From assembly GCA_977030845.1 (NCBI GenBank), contig OZ365118.1, forward strand, positions 21,328,001-21,392,000: a DNA stretch of 64,000 nt, in the 5' to 3' direction. This stretch comes from Fimbriosthenelais zetlandica. Taxonomy: Eukaryota. The translations under genes were made by a program, and so were the position numbers. Shown piece after piece: positions 38,645 to 52,347 of the stretch (the first letter of the stretch is position 1; the number at the start of each line of letters is the position of its first letter). The notes under the pieces are model-generated. The model worked only from the letters and a program-made list of their open reading frames with translations, was not told the DNA's origin and ran no database searches.

Positions 38645-39895
38645 TATATTTGGAGTGAATATAAGGAACACATTCTACCAACCCATTCCCTATCAGTGTT
38701 CCATAATTAAGATGCATGATATCGATATTAAAAATATCATTAATGAGTCGATCTATTTTAGTTGTCATAGAGAACCCATTAACATCTTATTTCTCATTTT
38801 CTGGGAATCGGCGGAACTGGAACAGTGGGAAACCACAGTAGATATATTTCACATATTTCAGGCATTATAGAACTAATACAGGCAGGGGAGGAAAGCCCTC
38901 CGTCAGCCTAAACGTCCAGAAAATAGTCAAATAACTCAAAGTGATATAGCGACAACATCAAGAGAGTTGTGTGTTGAATATTTCACGACACATCGATCCC
39001 TCATGTTGAGCCGCACCAGTTAACGACAATGGTTGATATGTTTTTCGGGGTAATGAATAAGACCATTGATGGAGGCCTCGCAAAGATGGTGAACACAGAA
39101 TAATGGATCCACTTCCCATAAATTTATACTCCAAATACAACGAGCAGGAAAAAACCCGTGATGAATTATCGATGGACTTTATGAGCAGGCAATTTATTTA
39201 AGTTCAGGTATTGTAAATGTGATTAGAACTATGGTAGTGGCAGACAATATATGTGCGAGCAGATATTTGGTTTCTTAGTTTGATCCAGATAATAGTATAG
39301 TAGATATCTGAGGCATTTCTTTGTTGATCTAAATGGTTCGACTTTCAAAGAGATATACATAGTATACTTCCTATCCAAGATATGTATAGTCATTTTTTAA
39401 TATCTAAGTTAAAATCTTTCTGTAGTGCTATCGTTTTTTTAATATTTATATGTTAAAATATAGTGTTGTGTTATATCTATTGTAAATCTAGTATGACAGA
39501 TGGACTGTCTCGTACTATTGTGAGAAGACAAAGCTCAGAAGTTCCCCCTCTTCCTCCTCTCCTCTTCTTTGTTGTGAAACTTTACCAATTTTCTCTTCGT
39601 CTCTAATGGCATTATGAGGAAGGAGTGGGCATTACCCTGGGGGGAGAGGCTTGTATATAAGCACAGTAAACCCCTCTCCTTCCCGTCTCCTTCAGGGAAG
39701 ACACATTTACACTTGATCAAAAGAGATGAGAGTTGGGCTATGGTAGTAGTATAGGGGCGAGCGCCCGGCGCCAGGCTATGCATACAAAGTGTCCCGTTGC
39801 ATGAGACAGTCGGAGATATACAGTGTTTCCGCACATCCGACCACCCCCTAATCCGACCATATATATCTGGACACATTCTCCTTCTAATTATTATT

Positions 39896-40027
39896 GTCTT
39901 TAAAGCGACCACTTGTTTTTCTGGTCCCATTTTCTTCATGTTTAAGGTACCTTCTGAAGCGACCACCTCCAACAGCACCACCTCTGGTCAGTCCTAGAGG
40001 TGGTCGCTTTAGAGAAGGAGGACTGTA
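39896..40027. mobile_element. Non-autonomous DNA transposon (MITE) fragment with a Tc1/mariner-pogo-like end
   Basis: Inverted repeat TAAAGCGACCAC (39901) / GTGGTCGCTTTA (40000), internal AAGCGACCAC copy, and terminus ...GGACTG followed by TA (CAGT start on minus). Confidence 0.55.
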
Positions 40028-41082
40028 TAGACACTACTCCCGTCTTGTGTGGCTCCCAGTGTTTACAAGGCAACGTCCAATAATGTCATCACAGTGAGAA
40101 TTCCTAACGCCAGCAATCTGGCTGCAGTTCCCCCCAAGGGGTTCCCCCTCCACAATTAGCCCGAGCCGGCTCCGATCCTTCAGCGAGAGAATGACTTCCT
40201 TCAACAAGTGGCTGCTTGCCTGAAAGCCAGGCAAATCCGCTGACAGCTGCAAAGCGTCCTGTTCAGGTTGTTTTTTCATACAAGAGCATTTGAGATTACA
40301 GAATGGAATAACAATGACCTAGCTTTAATGTCACAATGTCCTTAATATGACAAAGGTTGGACTTTCAAGTTTGGCACTTGGGATAAAACTGTAATATTCA
40401 GGGGTTAGGGATTTTTACTGATCAAAGGGCATAAACCTGGGCTTAAGGACTGACTTGCCATGAAAGTATAAAGCCTTTCTGAATGACTGACCATAAGCGT
40501 TTATCATAAGCCATGGCATAACCTAATGGTCGCCAACAAAGGTCAGGACAACTGCCATTATGGCCGGGACAAAAGTCATCAGCCCTGGTCCGCCGACAAT
40601 AGCTCGGCCATTTCTGAGCCCATTAGTTCCTTTCATGAAGATAAAGTAGAATCAGAGAAGCTGTGAATATATTTTTCTGGGCGGCGGACGATTGTTATGC
40701 ATAAACAGAGTGAAGAGAAGGGAGTGAGCGGGGGCTGAGAGGGCTGAGAGGGCTGGGGGATGATGGAGGGCCTAATTTGGGTGGAAAAAACACCGGAGGC
40801 GACCTATCATTTATGTAGCTCACGTAGCAACTAACGAGTAGCTCAGACAATTAGCATAACGGTGGCAAACATAACTTACTAAGTATGAAGGAGTGGTTGG
40901 TCGGACGGCCCGAAATAACGGCCATCAACAAGTATCAATTATAGCGGGAGAGTGGGATCAGAATACATAGTTTTTTTTGTTTTTTTATACGTTCAATAGT
41001 TACAGAGGGAATGAATGTATAAAGGTTTTATGTCACGCCACCTACTAAGGCTAAGTTACAGAGGGATGTTATGCATCTCTCT

Positions 41083-41120
41083 CAGTGCTGCTAACTGGAA
41101 TACCAAATAGCATGTCTGCC
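41083..41120 (+). mobile_element. SINE family fragment
   Basis: CAGTGCTGCTAACTGG...AGCATGTCT. Confidence 0.6.
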
Positions 41121-41642
41121 ATACCATGTCATAGAGAGCCCAATTTTAGGAGACTATGAATTGTAGCAACTTCTCTACAATGGATTCTCATATGAACTTG
41201 GTTTTGCTTCAAAGACAATGGAGAACATATTATAAAGGGTAATTGCTACATTGAGAAAGCGCTCATCCCAGGGAGGGGATATCAGTTGAGGTGGTGCTTA
41301 ATAATGCATTATAATGGGCAGTAATTAATCCATACATTGCCTATGTGTCTCAGAGCTGGAGCAGCCAGCACAATCAATGAATCTAATTAGGAGATGAATG
41401 GCCATGGGAATATGTGATCTTTTTACACAATCTTCATCCGTAGATGATGGATATTTGACGGAATGGAATTAATAGATGTATTGATTCGAGTGAGTTGGAC
41501 TAGGATGTGAAGGAATGGGTAGAAGCACAGGTGGCTTATGTGGATCTCAATTAAAAGTTTTCAACCCAGCTATATTTAACATGATAGAAATCAATTAAAT
41601 ATAACTTAATTAATAATCAAACTATTAAAAATATTTCCTTAC

Positions 41643-41680
41643 CTCTGGCAGCACCACTTAATATGCTTATTACCCATCAT
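41643..41680 (-). CDS. Candidate alternative first coding exon, M(M)GNKHIKWCCQ, with Gly2 and di-Cys signature, phase-2 donor
   Basis: ATGATGGGT...TGCTGCCAGAG|GTAAGG, strong donor. Confidence 0.55.
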
Positions 41681-44600
41681 TGGAGCGGGTACACAAGTCA
41701 ATGAATCAGTCCAATAATAAGTTCCATCGGACAACTATGGCTATATATATTTGTTATATCCCTGGTAATCAAGGAAGCTTGTTAAGATATTCCTCCATGG
41801 AGTTCACACATCCACATAGCTCCCCCTCCTCCTCCACCTCCACGGGCTCTGTTCCAATAAAGAATTGTGCCAGCTTCTCCAGGGGAAGAAAGCTGACCGA
41901 CTACACCCCGGCATGTTTTGCAGTTAGTCAGTCGCAGACAAAGCAACTGGGCTCGGTCAATGCTTCTTATGCCAATCACGCACATTCACAAAGGCCGGTG
42001 GCAATCCCCTCTTAAGTTTAAGGCATGAGCAGATGATGTCAACCACTAACTGGGATGGTCTGGCATGCTTGTCCACTGTGTCCTAGCATTGCTTGAGCAA
42101 CTCCCAGTCAACCGAGCCACACGCATAGATAGCAAGAAGTGAATGTGAGACTCGGTCAATTGATGGCTGGAAGAGCAGCCCAGGAGAGTGAGTGATTGGC
42201 CTGACAGACAACGTGGTAAAGCGATTGGCTCAGGCGAGTGGCTCTAACTAAGCTAATGGCCCCCGCCACCATGCAAGATTCAGAGCTGCTCGCTTTATAG
42301 GCTCTTTAATATGGAGAGCGATTAAACCCTCAGGGTTTAAAACTTGTGCAGCACAGCAGTGAAACAAGACTTAGCACCTCCCAGCTGCTTCGTGAGTCTT
42401 GCTATGCTCTCAAGCACCCAATCTACAGCCGTCCAAGGCTGGTCTAACACAGGGAGATAAAAGGCTGAGTGTGTCTGTGTGTCTCCCCACAGGTGCCCTA
42501 TCACTGCCTGACACACCTGAATTGATAAAAGTAATCCATATACCATAAGGACAGTCGCGGTTAGGTTCAATACATGCAGATGGCCGAATTCCAAGAAAGG
42601 CTTTGCTATTATCTTGCCCTCCACTGCACTCTTCACCCCCTCAAGAAGTAGTCTTACTTGGTTAATGATCCAAGGCTAAGCTCTACTTTGCCCTTAGAAT
42701 CATGACATTTTGATGAGAATAAATTAGTCAGAACAAGGGTCTAATTGTAGTAATTATCAGCCTGAATAGGCAAGTGTCTGTTATTTATCATCATTGGCCT
42801 GCTAATGGGCCGAGGCACTGTTTATTTCCCACTTTACCTGAACTGAGAAATAACCCATGAAGAATGTAAAATATACATGTGTATTCCAGACTAAATGGAC
42901 AGAGATATTAGAGGCCTTCTGTATCTCCATGAAAAATACATGACCCAGAAGTAACACTCTCAGTGGCCATTTATCCACTTTGTTCTCTCAGGCTTCCTCT
43001 GGTTGTTTTTAGGCTGAAATGGGAGCAGATTCTTCTGTAGATATCTCCAAGATGAAGTATTAAAGGGACTTCCCAATGGGAGAGTAGAAACACTGCAAGT
43101 GGTCTTACAAATGACAAGTCATCCGTCTTCCTCTTACAAAAGACAGTGAAAGACCCCGGCTCATGATAGTGGAGCCAATCCACACCCGATGTAAATTGAT
43201 TTATCGGTCTTGAACACATACAGTTCTTTTCCTCTCGGTCATTTTTTCTCTCTCTCACAGTGTCTTCTACAAAAGTAACAGACCACATTTGGCAGGTTAT
43301 GTTTGTTGTCAGGAATCCTCGCCTGAGGTCAGTGAATATATTGTCTGGTCATTTTCAGAGTTCCCTTGTCAATTGTTGAAGGGACAGACCTCCGATCCTA
43401 TTCACAAGGCAAATAATGAAGGCAGTTGAGGCTGGAGACAAGGTTGGGCGGGCCAGGCCTGGAGTGATCAAGGGCGGCGGTAACTGGTAAGTGCTCTCAA
43501 TGTTGACCCTCTCCTCGCTTCATAACATATGCAAGTGTTCCTCTCCTACATCATCCGACCCCCCAACAGTCGGATCTCCCCTTAAGGTAGCATTAGTGGC
43601 AGTGCTTGTGAACAAGAGGGCCTTGCTGGTCTAAACAGCGGCTTTTATATTATCATGTGAACAAGATCTCTACACAAGACTCGTGACAGGCGGGTCAATG
43701 GTCCTGATTGCTGAGCCCCCTTCACTCAGTACCACGCCAATAGATCGTATTGCAAAGACCCGCTAATGAAAGGAATTGATTGGATCTATTCCAATTACTC
43801 CTCCAAATAGAGATCCGCCATTTGAAATATCATCGCTCTTTCAATTTATAGAGACAATAGACAGGGAGTGATTTGATTCAGATGGGGAGTTGCTTCATTA
43901 ATTGTAAGGAAACATTGAGGGCTGGTTTTACATGTGCTTGGATTAATTCAGAGTCGTGGTTGTATTGAATTTCCTTGCGAGGCTCCTCGCCAAGACAGGG
44001 ATATTTCTTGTTCATTTCCTCGGGAAATGAATGCAAGGAATGGAGGGACCACGACTTAAACTGTCACTGCTAATTTATGTCATGTTGCTTGATTAGCATG
44101 AGGTATATTCCCTTATGCATATTCAATATGAATGAGTACAATATAGCAATGAGTATCAGAGCTATCTGCAGGGTCGGGCTTCTCATGCTAGTTCATATGA
44201 AATGTGGCTCTGATAGAAACAGGAAGCCAAATGAGAAGCCACATGGGCAGGAAGCAGACACGAGTGAGATTATCATGTTCGACCCATCAGAGTGTCCATC
44301 CTGGTAGGGGCCTCCAGCAGGAAGGATCACAGACACAGTCATGCACGGCTCTCAGCAGAAACGCAAAAAGGCTTTGACAATCTGAATGAAGGTACTTTGG
44401 ATGGAAGCCACATGGCTTCTACCCAGCCAACAATTCCTGACTCGGCCCTACAGTAATGGATTGGAATTACTGGCGAGTTGACGGCCACCAGTGACTGAGA
44501 GAGAGGGAGAAATGAATGCCTCTTCCTGGGCCGTCTCTTAGTGCAATCATCAGCCCTAGTCTGTCTCCCACTGCCGGCCCCAGCTGCAGTAGAACTGTAG

Positions 44601-45858
44601 TTATGGCCAATTAGTACGGCCTAGCAAGGCCACAGTAGATACTTGGAGGAGACCGATGTTTAACCCTCTTTTGAAGATGATCCATAGACACAAGCTTGTT
44701 TTGGCTGAGGCTGGTTGAGGATGTTGCTTGGTGAAGCGAGATTAAATGGATTTTAATGGTCGTCGTCGGGTGAGGAGAGGTATTCCACTTGGTTCGATGG
44801 GACAGAGGTCTTCTCTTTGAGGCTGATACTGTGTCTGAGATAAATGTCTTTGAAACCAGTAACGGAATCCTGTTGAAATTTGTCACTTCTGTAAAAGGCA
44901 GTGGTCTAAGAATAATCCTTTCATCCAGAAACTGAACTGTTGGTTTGTGAATTAAAAAATGCATAAAACATGAGTTGAATTCATATCAACACCTGCTCAA
45001 TATAACAGATGTGTGTAGTGAGAATGATATCCCGATATCAATATGACATGTGTGTAAATAACAAAGATTCCACTGATACACTATTGACATGTATTCCACC
45101 GAGGTGGTTCATTCCATGGCTGACTGACTGGGCTGTCCCATTGCCACGAGGTACCGCAGCTTCCTGCAATGATGTGGATCCATGTATGCCATCAAAATGA
45201 CTATTTCTGTTTAATGTGCACTCAGCAAAGTGACTGGAGAGCAGGAAACACGCTATGGGCACACAATGGCCTGCTCTTCTTTTAGACGCTTCCCAGTGCT
45301 GTATGATAGCCACTGATCCATGTGGTGGTATGAATGATGAGAAGCAGCCCAGTTTCTTTACAAGCACTACCTCCACCAGCATCTCCTGCTGGTCTGCTGG
45401 CTGGAGCCACAATGACTGGTGACATGGAGGCCCGCTACTCTAAACACCAGGCTATTGTGGTGGGAGTTAGACGTGTCCACCACGGTAGGCAGGTAAGCCA
45501 CTCCCCGCTCATGGTGGTCATGTGGGGGGGTGGTACTGGAGGTGCCATCTATAATGCCTCTTCACACCAAACTATCACCAGGTGATGGCCAGTGTTAAAG
45601 ATCAAACTGCTTTGTTTGAACTTTCAATTAATGCCCAGTCAGCAATATCTTAGATATCTGGGGCACTGTTCAACGTCAGAGTCGATTATGAAGTGCCAAT
45701 GCATGATTTATGCAGAATGCTTATGGGAAGCATGTGACACATAAAGGGCCTGAATAATGAATAGCCTGAATAAAGCCTAGCAGTGCAGGTCAATATATAT
45801 AAAATATCATGGGCTGACAGGGCTGGTATTGCTAATACAATCAAGGTACGGGTCACTC

Positions 45859-45872
45859 GTTCCCATGGGAAC
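45859..45872. promoter_or_regulatory. Palindromic RFX X-box
   Basis: GTTCCCATGGGAAC is a perfect 14-bp palindrome. Confidence 0.55.
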
Positions 45873-48800
45873 TCCGGACTCCTCCAGACACTCGTGGTTC
45901 TCCTCCAGGAGCTGTCCAGCGTGTCCAGGAGTCCTGTTAATGGTGTGGAGATCCTCCACGGTTCCTGACAGGAGGAGAAGTACCCAGTTACAGGTCTAAA
46001 AGTCCATGTCTGTTCATAAGTGGACTGTAGAATCACATCTACACGGGCACTTCATCCAGACAGGGTTTGACAGGCTGTGGGAGGGTGAAAGATGTCAAGC
46101 AATGAGGGACATTGGTCTGCATAATCCGCAAGAATCTCATTTAATGAGATTTGCTGGAATGTACCGTTTTACCTCATATAAGCCACAATACCTGCAGCCT
46201 TGTATTCCAATCATTTCAACTATTGGCACAGAACAATTTTTTATATTTTTGTTCCTAATTCCTTTTAGATTTTTAATGTATGTTAGGTTTTCTTAACATA
46301 GAAACAACTTCAATTGTTTTCTAGAAAACTTAGCACACTGAGAAGTTCCCAATCTGGAGCCACTTGAGTTAGGCACTTATAGGTGTGACATATATGCAGA
46401 TTGGTGCTTGTCTGTAAGGGATGGATTGCCACAATGCAGCAGATGATTAGCTGCCGTGAATACATTAGGCGGGCTCCATGTACGATATACCTAGAACAGG
46501 AACAGTGAATTATTTAGCGGATCGCTTGGCGCGGACCTTGATGAATGGAGAAGCTTATGTTGCACACAGAGTAAGGTGCTTCTGCCTGTCAGGAGAGAAG
46601 CAGAACACTTCAAGGTGTGGCCAATGTTGACAGCCATTAGTGGCGGCCAATAGAAGTGGCGGGAGAGAGCCAGCACAGGGCCTTAATGAATATAATGTAT
46701 CACAGTAATTAGATTATACTTGATGGATCAATCTACACCAGCAAGTATAGCATTGTCCCTCAATGATAGCAAATCGGGTTAAAGAACTGCGATGATTCAT
46801 GGCATTTATAGACCGGCCCGTGGCCCGTGGGGGATCGGACCTGATTAAGTTGATAGAGTTAGCAAGCAGGTGAATAATCGACAGCCCAAGGCTAAGTAAG
46901 GTACGCTACAAATTGGAGAAGCGGGCTTGATTTAGGCTTTTCTTTGGCTTTTTCCAGCGAAAGTCAAGACCATTTTTGGTGTCTGTCAATCTCTTGAAAA
47001 CTTTGTTCACTTAAAAGGCTGTGAAGCAACAGGTGGTTGGGGTTTTCTGAGAGAAGGGGAATCCAGGGAGATGAGTGTTTCATAGTACAGGACTGCCACC
47101 TTGACTCTTAAAACAAGTGCCGGGCATAAAATGGAATCAACACAACCCAAACAAGTGCTACGAGAAAATCTTTTCCGGTTAATGTCTTCCAAAGCGGCAA
47201 ATTAATGTCAGACAAGTAATTCATGGGTCTTGGAAATGAACTACGGCACATTGACTGTCAAGCAGTTCTTGCCAATCATCACAAAACCCCATTAGACGTT
47301 CGTGATCCGTCAATAAAAGAGGGGCTCGCTGGTAAAAGGGGCGGAGTAAATAAGCAAGTGGGCGTGGTCTGGCTGATCCATTAAGCATGGAGTCTGTGGC
47401 CGGCCTAGCCTATAGAGTGGTGTGTTGAGACAGTAAACATGACCAGTAATAGTGCTCATACCGGGGGTCAACCTGGCAAAGTAAGGGGCTATCCCCACTA
47501 AAGTACATGCAACTGCAAACCTTTGCAATTGTGGGTAAGCCTGGGCAAGCCAGGGCCAGATACAAGGGTGGGGTATATTGACTTTAGATAGGCGACCTAT
47601 TGAAGCCACCCATGCCCAACCAATAACCCGCTGTTTGCTGAGCTCCTAGTTCGTCCAGGAGATCCAGAAAGCCCTATAGCTGGGCCCTCTCATTGCCTGC
47701 CTTTGTTGACTGGCCTCACTGTGCCATTAATGATATCTGCTTCAACCATCGGCTTTTCTGCTTGAGCTCCTCAAACTCAAACTCGTGGCAGTGCAGTGAG
47801 CTGCTCAGGGACTCAGTGGAGCAGATAACAGTTCCGGGTTTGGGGGATTCAAATTGTTCCCCAGAGCGGTCTGCCGGTTACGGTAGATTGAGATAGGAGG
47901 TGAAGGGAGGGTTCATTTAGACGCGGTGAATGGGGGCGATCATCATCAAGACATGCGAGCCATTCAACACGAAGTGGCAACACATATACACCCACTTCTA
48001 CATTGATTCTCTCCATCACGTCCCTCCATTTGCGCAAACTGCATTAATCAAGCCTGGAAAACAAGACCCGGTCTTGTCTTTATCCCCCAATCTTAACCCT
48101 TCAAGAGTCAGAGGGAAATACAAGCTTTCACAAACATGAGAATCCACTTCCCGCTCCTCAAAATGTATAAGCTTTCAATGAGAGAATAAATATTCCGAGA
48201 GCATGTGTCTACATGCTATGTAAGCGCAGGTCTGTTGCTGAGAATATTCAGCAGACTTAAGTGGGACTTTTATATGATTATAACTGACGATTCAAGAATA
48301 GTTTCGAGTCATTTTCAGCAAAAAGGCGTAAGGAACCTTGAACCCAGTTGTATGGGTGAACGTGTGATAAGGGTTGGGAGAGGTTAGTAGCACTGAAATT
48401 GGATTTCTCACATTACACTGAAGTGTAGAACTGAGATTTGTGAATCACAAGAGGACGGGGAGGGGATTCCCCAGCAGAATGGGCTTTATCTTGTCTCATG
48501 CCCAGTCAGAAGGACCACGATTAATCAGAATAAATGTAGCAACATTCCCTTCACAAACGGAGCAAACAAGGCTCTGTACCAAATTGGAAGAGGCATTCAG
48601 CAACCAACATCCATCCAAGCAAATTGCAATTTAATAAGGTTTGCATTTCTACTGTCCGACCAATCAAGTGTAAATAATGGGATTGTAATGGTAAATAATG
48701 GGTATTCCCTAAATCCAAATGAATATCCTCCGAAGATACTTCCTTCAGATTGGCGATGCCGTGGACAAATTTTTCTTTGAAGTATTCAATTATCTGTTTG

Positions 48801-51105
48801 CAATGGGAAGGTTGCTCTGCTCAGTTGCGCTCTTGGCTGACTTAAGTGGATTAGTGGGGGAGAGTGTTGAGAATATCACACTCCATAATCTAAATTAGCA
48901 CAAGTGGGGGAAACATTCCCAAGTGGAAACACATTTAGCAGACAATCACAATTAGTGATTTTGCCAGGCTGGTGACTGATGAACTGAGCCGGGGCTATCC
49001 CAGGCTGAGCCTGGAGCATGTTTAAATGTTACATTCTAATATGAACAGTTAAATTCTACAATGCTCGACTGTTACATCCCAATCAAGTGATGCTTTGTTA
49101 GAGATTTGAGATAAAAAAAAACCTTTCAGATAGGAAGGCCAATAGTGAGAGGCAATATCAGCTGAATTGGAAATCTTCCTCCAATGTCTAAAGCAGAAAT
49201 ACAATGACTCTCTCCATTTCGAACGGCAATAGTAAGCACAACTGTAGTCAGTCACAGATTTAGTTTACAAATGCTTTGCCCAAACATTTGGTGCAAGATT
49301 TAATCAATTAGATATCCCCCAAACGATGTCTGGGATTGAGAATCAAGACCTTACAGACATTGATTACAAGAAACAATCGGCAATCTGGCTGTCCTAGAAA
49401 CCCACCACCACCAGCTATAATTCAATTAACTATTTTGTTCACTGCATTCTGGTGTCGGTTGAAGCAGCTAACAGCATCTTAGCATGCCCGTGACATCCCC
49501 AGAGAGAGAAACTCATTCCACCGTCTCACAACCCACGGCGTGTCTGCCATTCACAAGGAATGGTCACACTTTGCCATACAGTAGGACTCCCAATACTTTT
49601 TTGGGAAATGAGTTCCACAACCATTTTGGTTTCAATGTATCATTTCAAAACAGAAATAAGCTTAAAACGTAGCTGTGCAAATTAACTAAAAACCATCATT
49701 TGCCCATACATTTTTTGACAAATTTTCAATTCCATGACTTCCAAGGCTTCTTAAATTTGTCCTGGGTTTTCCTGGGATCATGAATATACAGAGGATAGTT
49801 TGAAGTAGCTATACATTCATTTCCATGAGAAGAAGCCTTCACCTCATGGACCCTTGTCTATCTCACAGTAACAGACCAGGGTCTATGACATTTGCCTTTC
49901 AGCTCTGTGTAATGAAGTGTACTGGGCAGGGGATCTAATGTTTGCCACCTTTTGTAAGGCTTTTCCTATTCCTCGTGCCCTCGTGGAGGAGCACGAGTGA
50001 CTGCTTTTACGAGTGTTGCCTTTATGTGTTGCGCTTGAAGTCTGACGGTGGTTTTGAGGGATGCAGACAGGTATGAAGGTGTCCCAGGGCAAAGGTTGGA
50101 AAGACAGTCCCTAGCTATGAGCGCAATGATTGCCTCAGATGACACGACCTTTCCTCTGACTGGAGACAGGAGAGAGAAATCTGTTTGGATTAGCAAGGCG
50201 TGGGTGGAGCCAAATGACTCCTTTATTACCAGTGGCACCGGTGAAAGGATTGCCTCAAAGACATAACAAAACAGAGACATCTGTCTTCACAAATCCAATG
50301 ATTCCTCACCATGTGCTTAGAATTTTGATTTTCAACACAAATCAGTAAGTTTTAACACTGGTCTGTAGCTCTGCCATTACAAAAGTACAGACTCCATGAT
50401 TCAATGGTAGAGGTAATGGGGAAACATTTTGCTGTCTAGCAACAAGTAGTATGGTCTGGTTGGAGGGGGGGGGGTGGTATGAGGCCATCCTTCACCTGCC
50501 CTCTCCCCGCCATCTCACCATCTTTTTTCTCACACACCCTCAGCCCGCGGGGGTTCAAATTGTGCTCTCAGATCATCAAAACCGGGTCCCACAGTGGACC
50601 TCTCTCAAGAATAACAGGGGGCGGGGGTGGAATGATTTAGATCAAAATACTATAAGAACAGTCAAGCGACCCCTCCCAAGGCAAGGATCAGGCGTTGAGA
50701 GGAATGCCTTCATCTTTCTCCTCTTCCTTCCTTCCTTCTTACAGCCAGGAGGCAGTCTATGAGAGGCATTCAATGATTTACCAGGGTTTGATGGTGGCCG
50801 TCTTTTTGGACTGGTGCAGTACTTGCACTGCCGTCATGAACTCCCATTCAGTTCATTGCATGCCATGTCAGGACAATGGACAGGCTCATATATTTTACAC
50901 CAATTCACATTTACTGCACACCAGTCCCGGTTTCCTCTTGCAAAATGCACGAGGACCCGCAGTGCTTCGGAACGAGAGGGAAAAACTCGACCCTCATAAA
51001 TGTTTGACCGCGGCGGGGATGAAAAGCTGGCATGGAAGTTGTGCACGATATATCTAGGGGCGAGTGCTCATGAAATAACGGTAAAAAGCTAGTCTGCCAG
51101 TTTAT

Positions 51106-52347
51106 GGCGGTGGGGGCTGGGGTTGGTGGGGTGGGGTTGGGAGAGAGGGAGAGGCTGGATGGGGGGGGGGGGTGGGTAGAGAGGGAGAGGCTGGATGGAG
51201 GGAGAGTGGGGAGGGGTGGGGAGAGTGGGGAGGGGTGGAGAGAGAGGGAGAGGCTGGATGGTAGGAGAGTGGGGAGGGGTGGGGAGAGAGGGAGAGGCTG
51301 GATGGTAGGAGAGTGGGGAGGGGTGGGGAGAGTGGGGAGGGGTGGGGGCTGGGGTTGGTGGGGAGGGGTGGGGAGAGAGGGAGAGGCTGGATGGTAGGAG
51401 AGTGGGGAGGGGTGGGGAGAGAGGGAGAGGCTGGATGGTAGGAGAGTGGGGAGGGGTGGGGAGAGTGGGGAGGGGTGGGGGCTGGGGTTGGTGGGGAGGG
51501 GTGGAGAGAGAGGGAGAGGCTGGATGGTAGGAGAGTGGGGAGGGGTGGGGAGAGAGGGAGAGGCTGGATGGTAGGAGAGTGGGGAGGGGTGGGGAGAGTG
51601 GGGAGGGGTGGGGGCTGGGGTTGGTGGGGAGGGGTGGGGAGAGAGGGAGAGGCTGGATGGTAGGAGAGTGGGGAGGGGTGGGGAGAGAGGGAGAGGCTGG
51701 ATGGTAGGAGAGTGGGGAGGGGTGGGGAGAGTGGGGAGGGGTGGGGGCTGGGGTTGGTGGGGAGGGGTGGGGAGAGAGGGAGAGGCTGGATGGTAGGAGA
51801 GTGGGGAGGGGTGGGGAGAGAGGGAGAGGCTGGATGGTAGGAGAGTGGGGAGGGGTGGGGAGAGTGGGGAGGGGTGGGGGCTGGGGTTGGTGGGGAGGGG
51901 TGGGGAGAGAGGGAGAGGCTGGATGGTAGGAGAGTGGGGAGGGGTGGGGAGAGAGGGAGAGGCTGGATGGTAGGAGAGTGGGGAGGGGTGGGGAGAGAGG
52001 GAGAGGCTGGATGGTAGGAGAGTGGGGAGGGGTGGGGAGAGAGGGAGAGGCTGGATGGTAGGAGAGTGGGGAGGGGTGGGGAGAGTGGGGAGGGGTGGGG
52101 GCTGGGGTTGGTGGGGAGGGGTGGGGAGAGAGGGAGAGGCTGGATGGTAGGAGAGTGGGGAGGGGTGGGGAGAGAGGGAGAGGCTGGATGGTAGGAGAGT
52201 GGGGAGGGGTGGGGAGAGAGGGAGAGGCTGGATGGTAGGAGAGTGGGGAGGGGTGGGGAGAGAGGGAGAGGCTGGATGGTAGGAGAGTGGGGAGGGGTGG
52301 GGAGAGAGGGAGAGGCTGGATTGTAGGAGAGTGGGGAGGGGTGGGGG
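51106..52347. repeat. G-rich minisatellite: 44-45-bp units arranged in a 133-bp higher-order repeat
   Basis: Unit GAGAGAGGGAGAGGCTGGATGGTAGGAGAGTGGGGAGGGGTGGG and a variant with GGGGGCTGGGGTTGGTGGGG. Identical + ORFs recur every 133 bp (51342, 51475, 51608, 51741). Confidence 0.97.

Noticed and set aside
39535-39981. 148-aa minus ORF
   Set aside because: Partly MITE-derived and not protein-like.
40034-40279. 81-aa ATG-initiated minus ORF MKKQPEQDALQ...
   Set aside because: No credible donor in a compatible phase and no recognisable motif.
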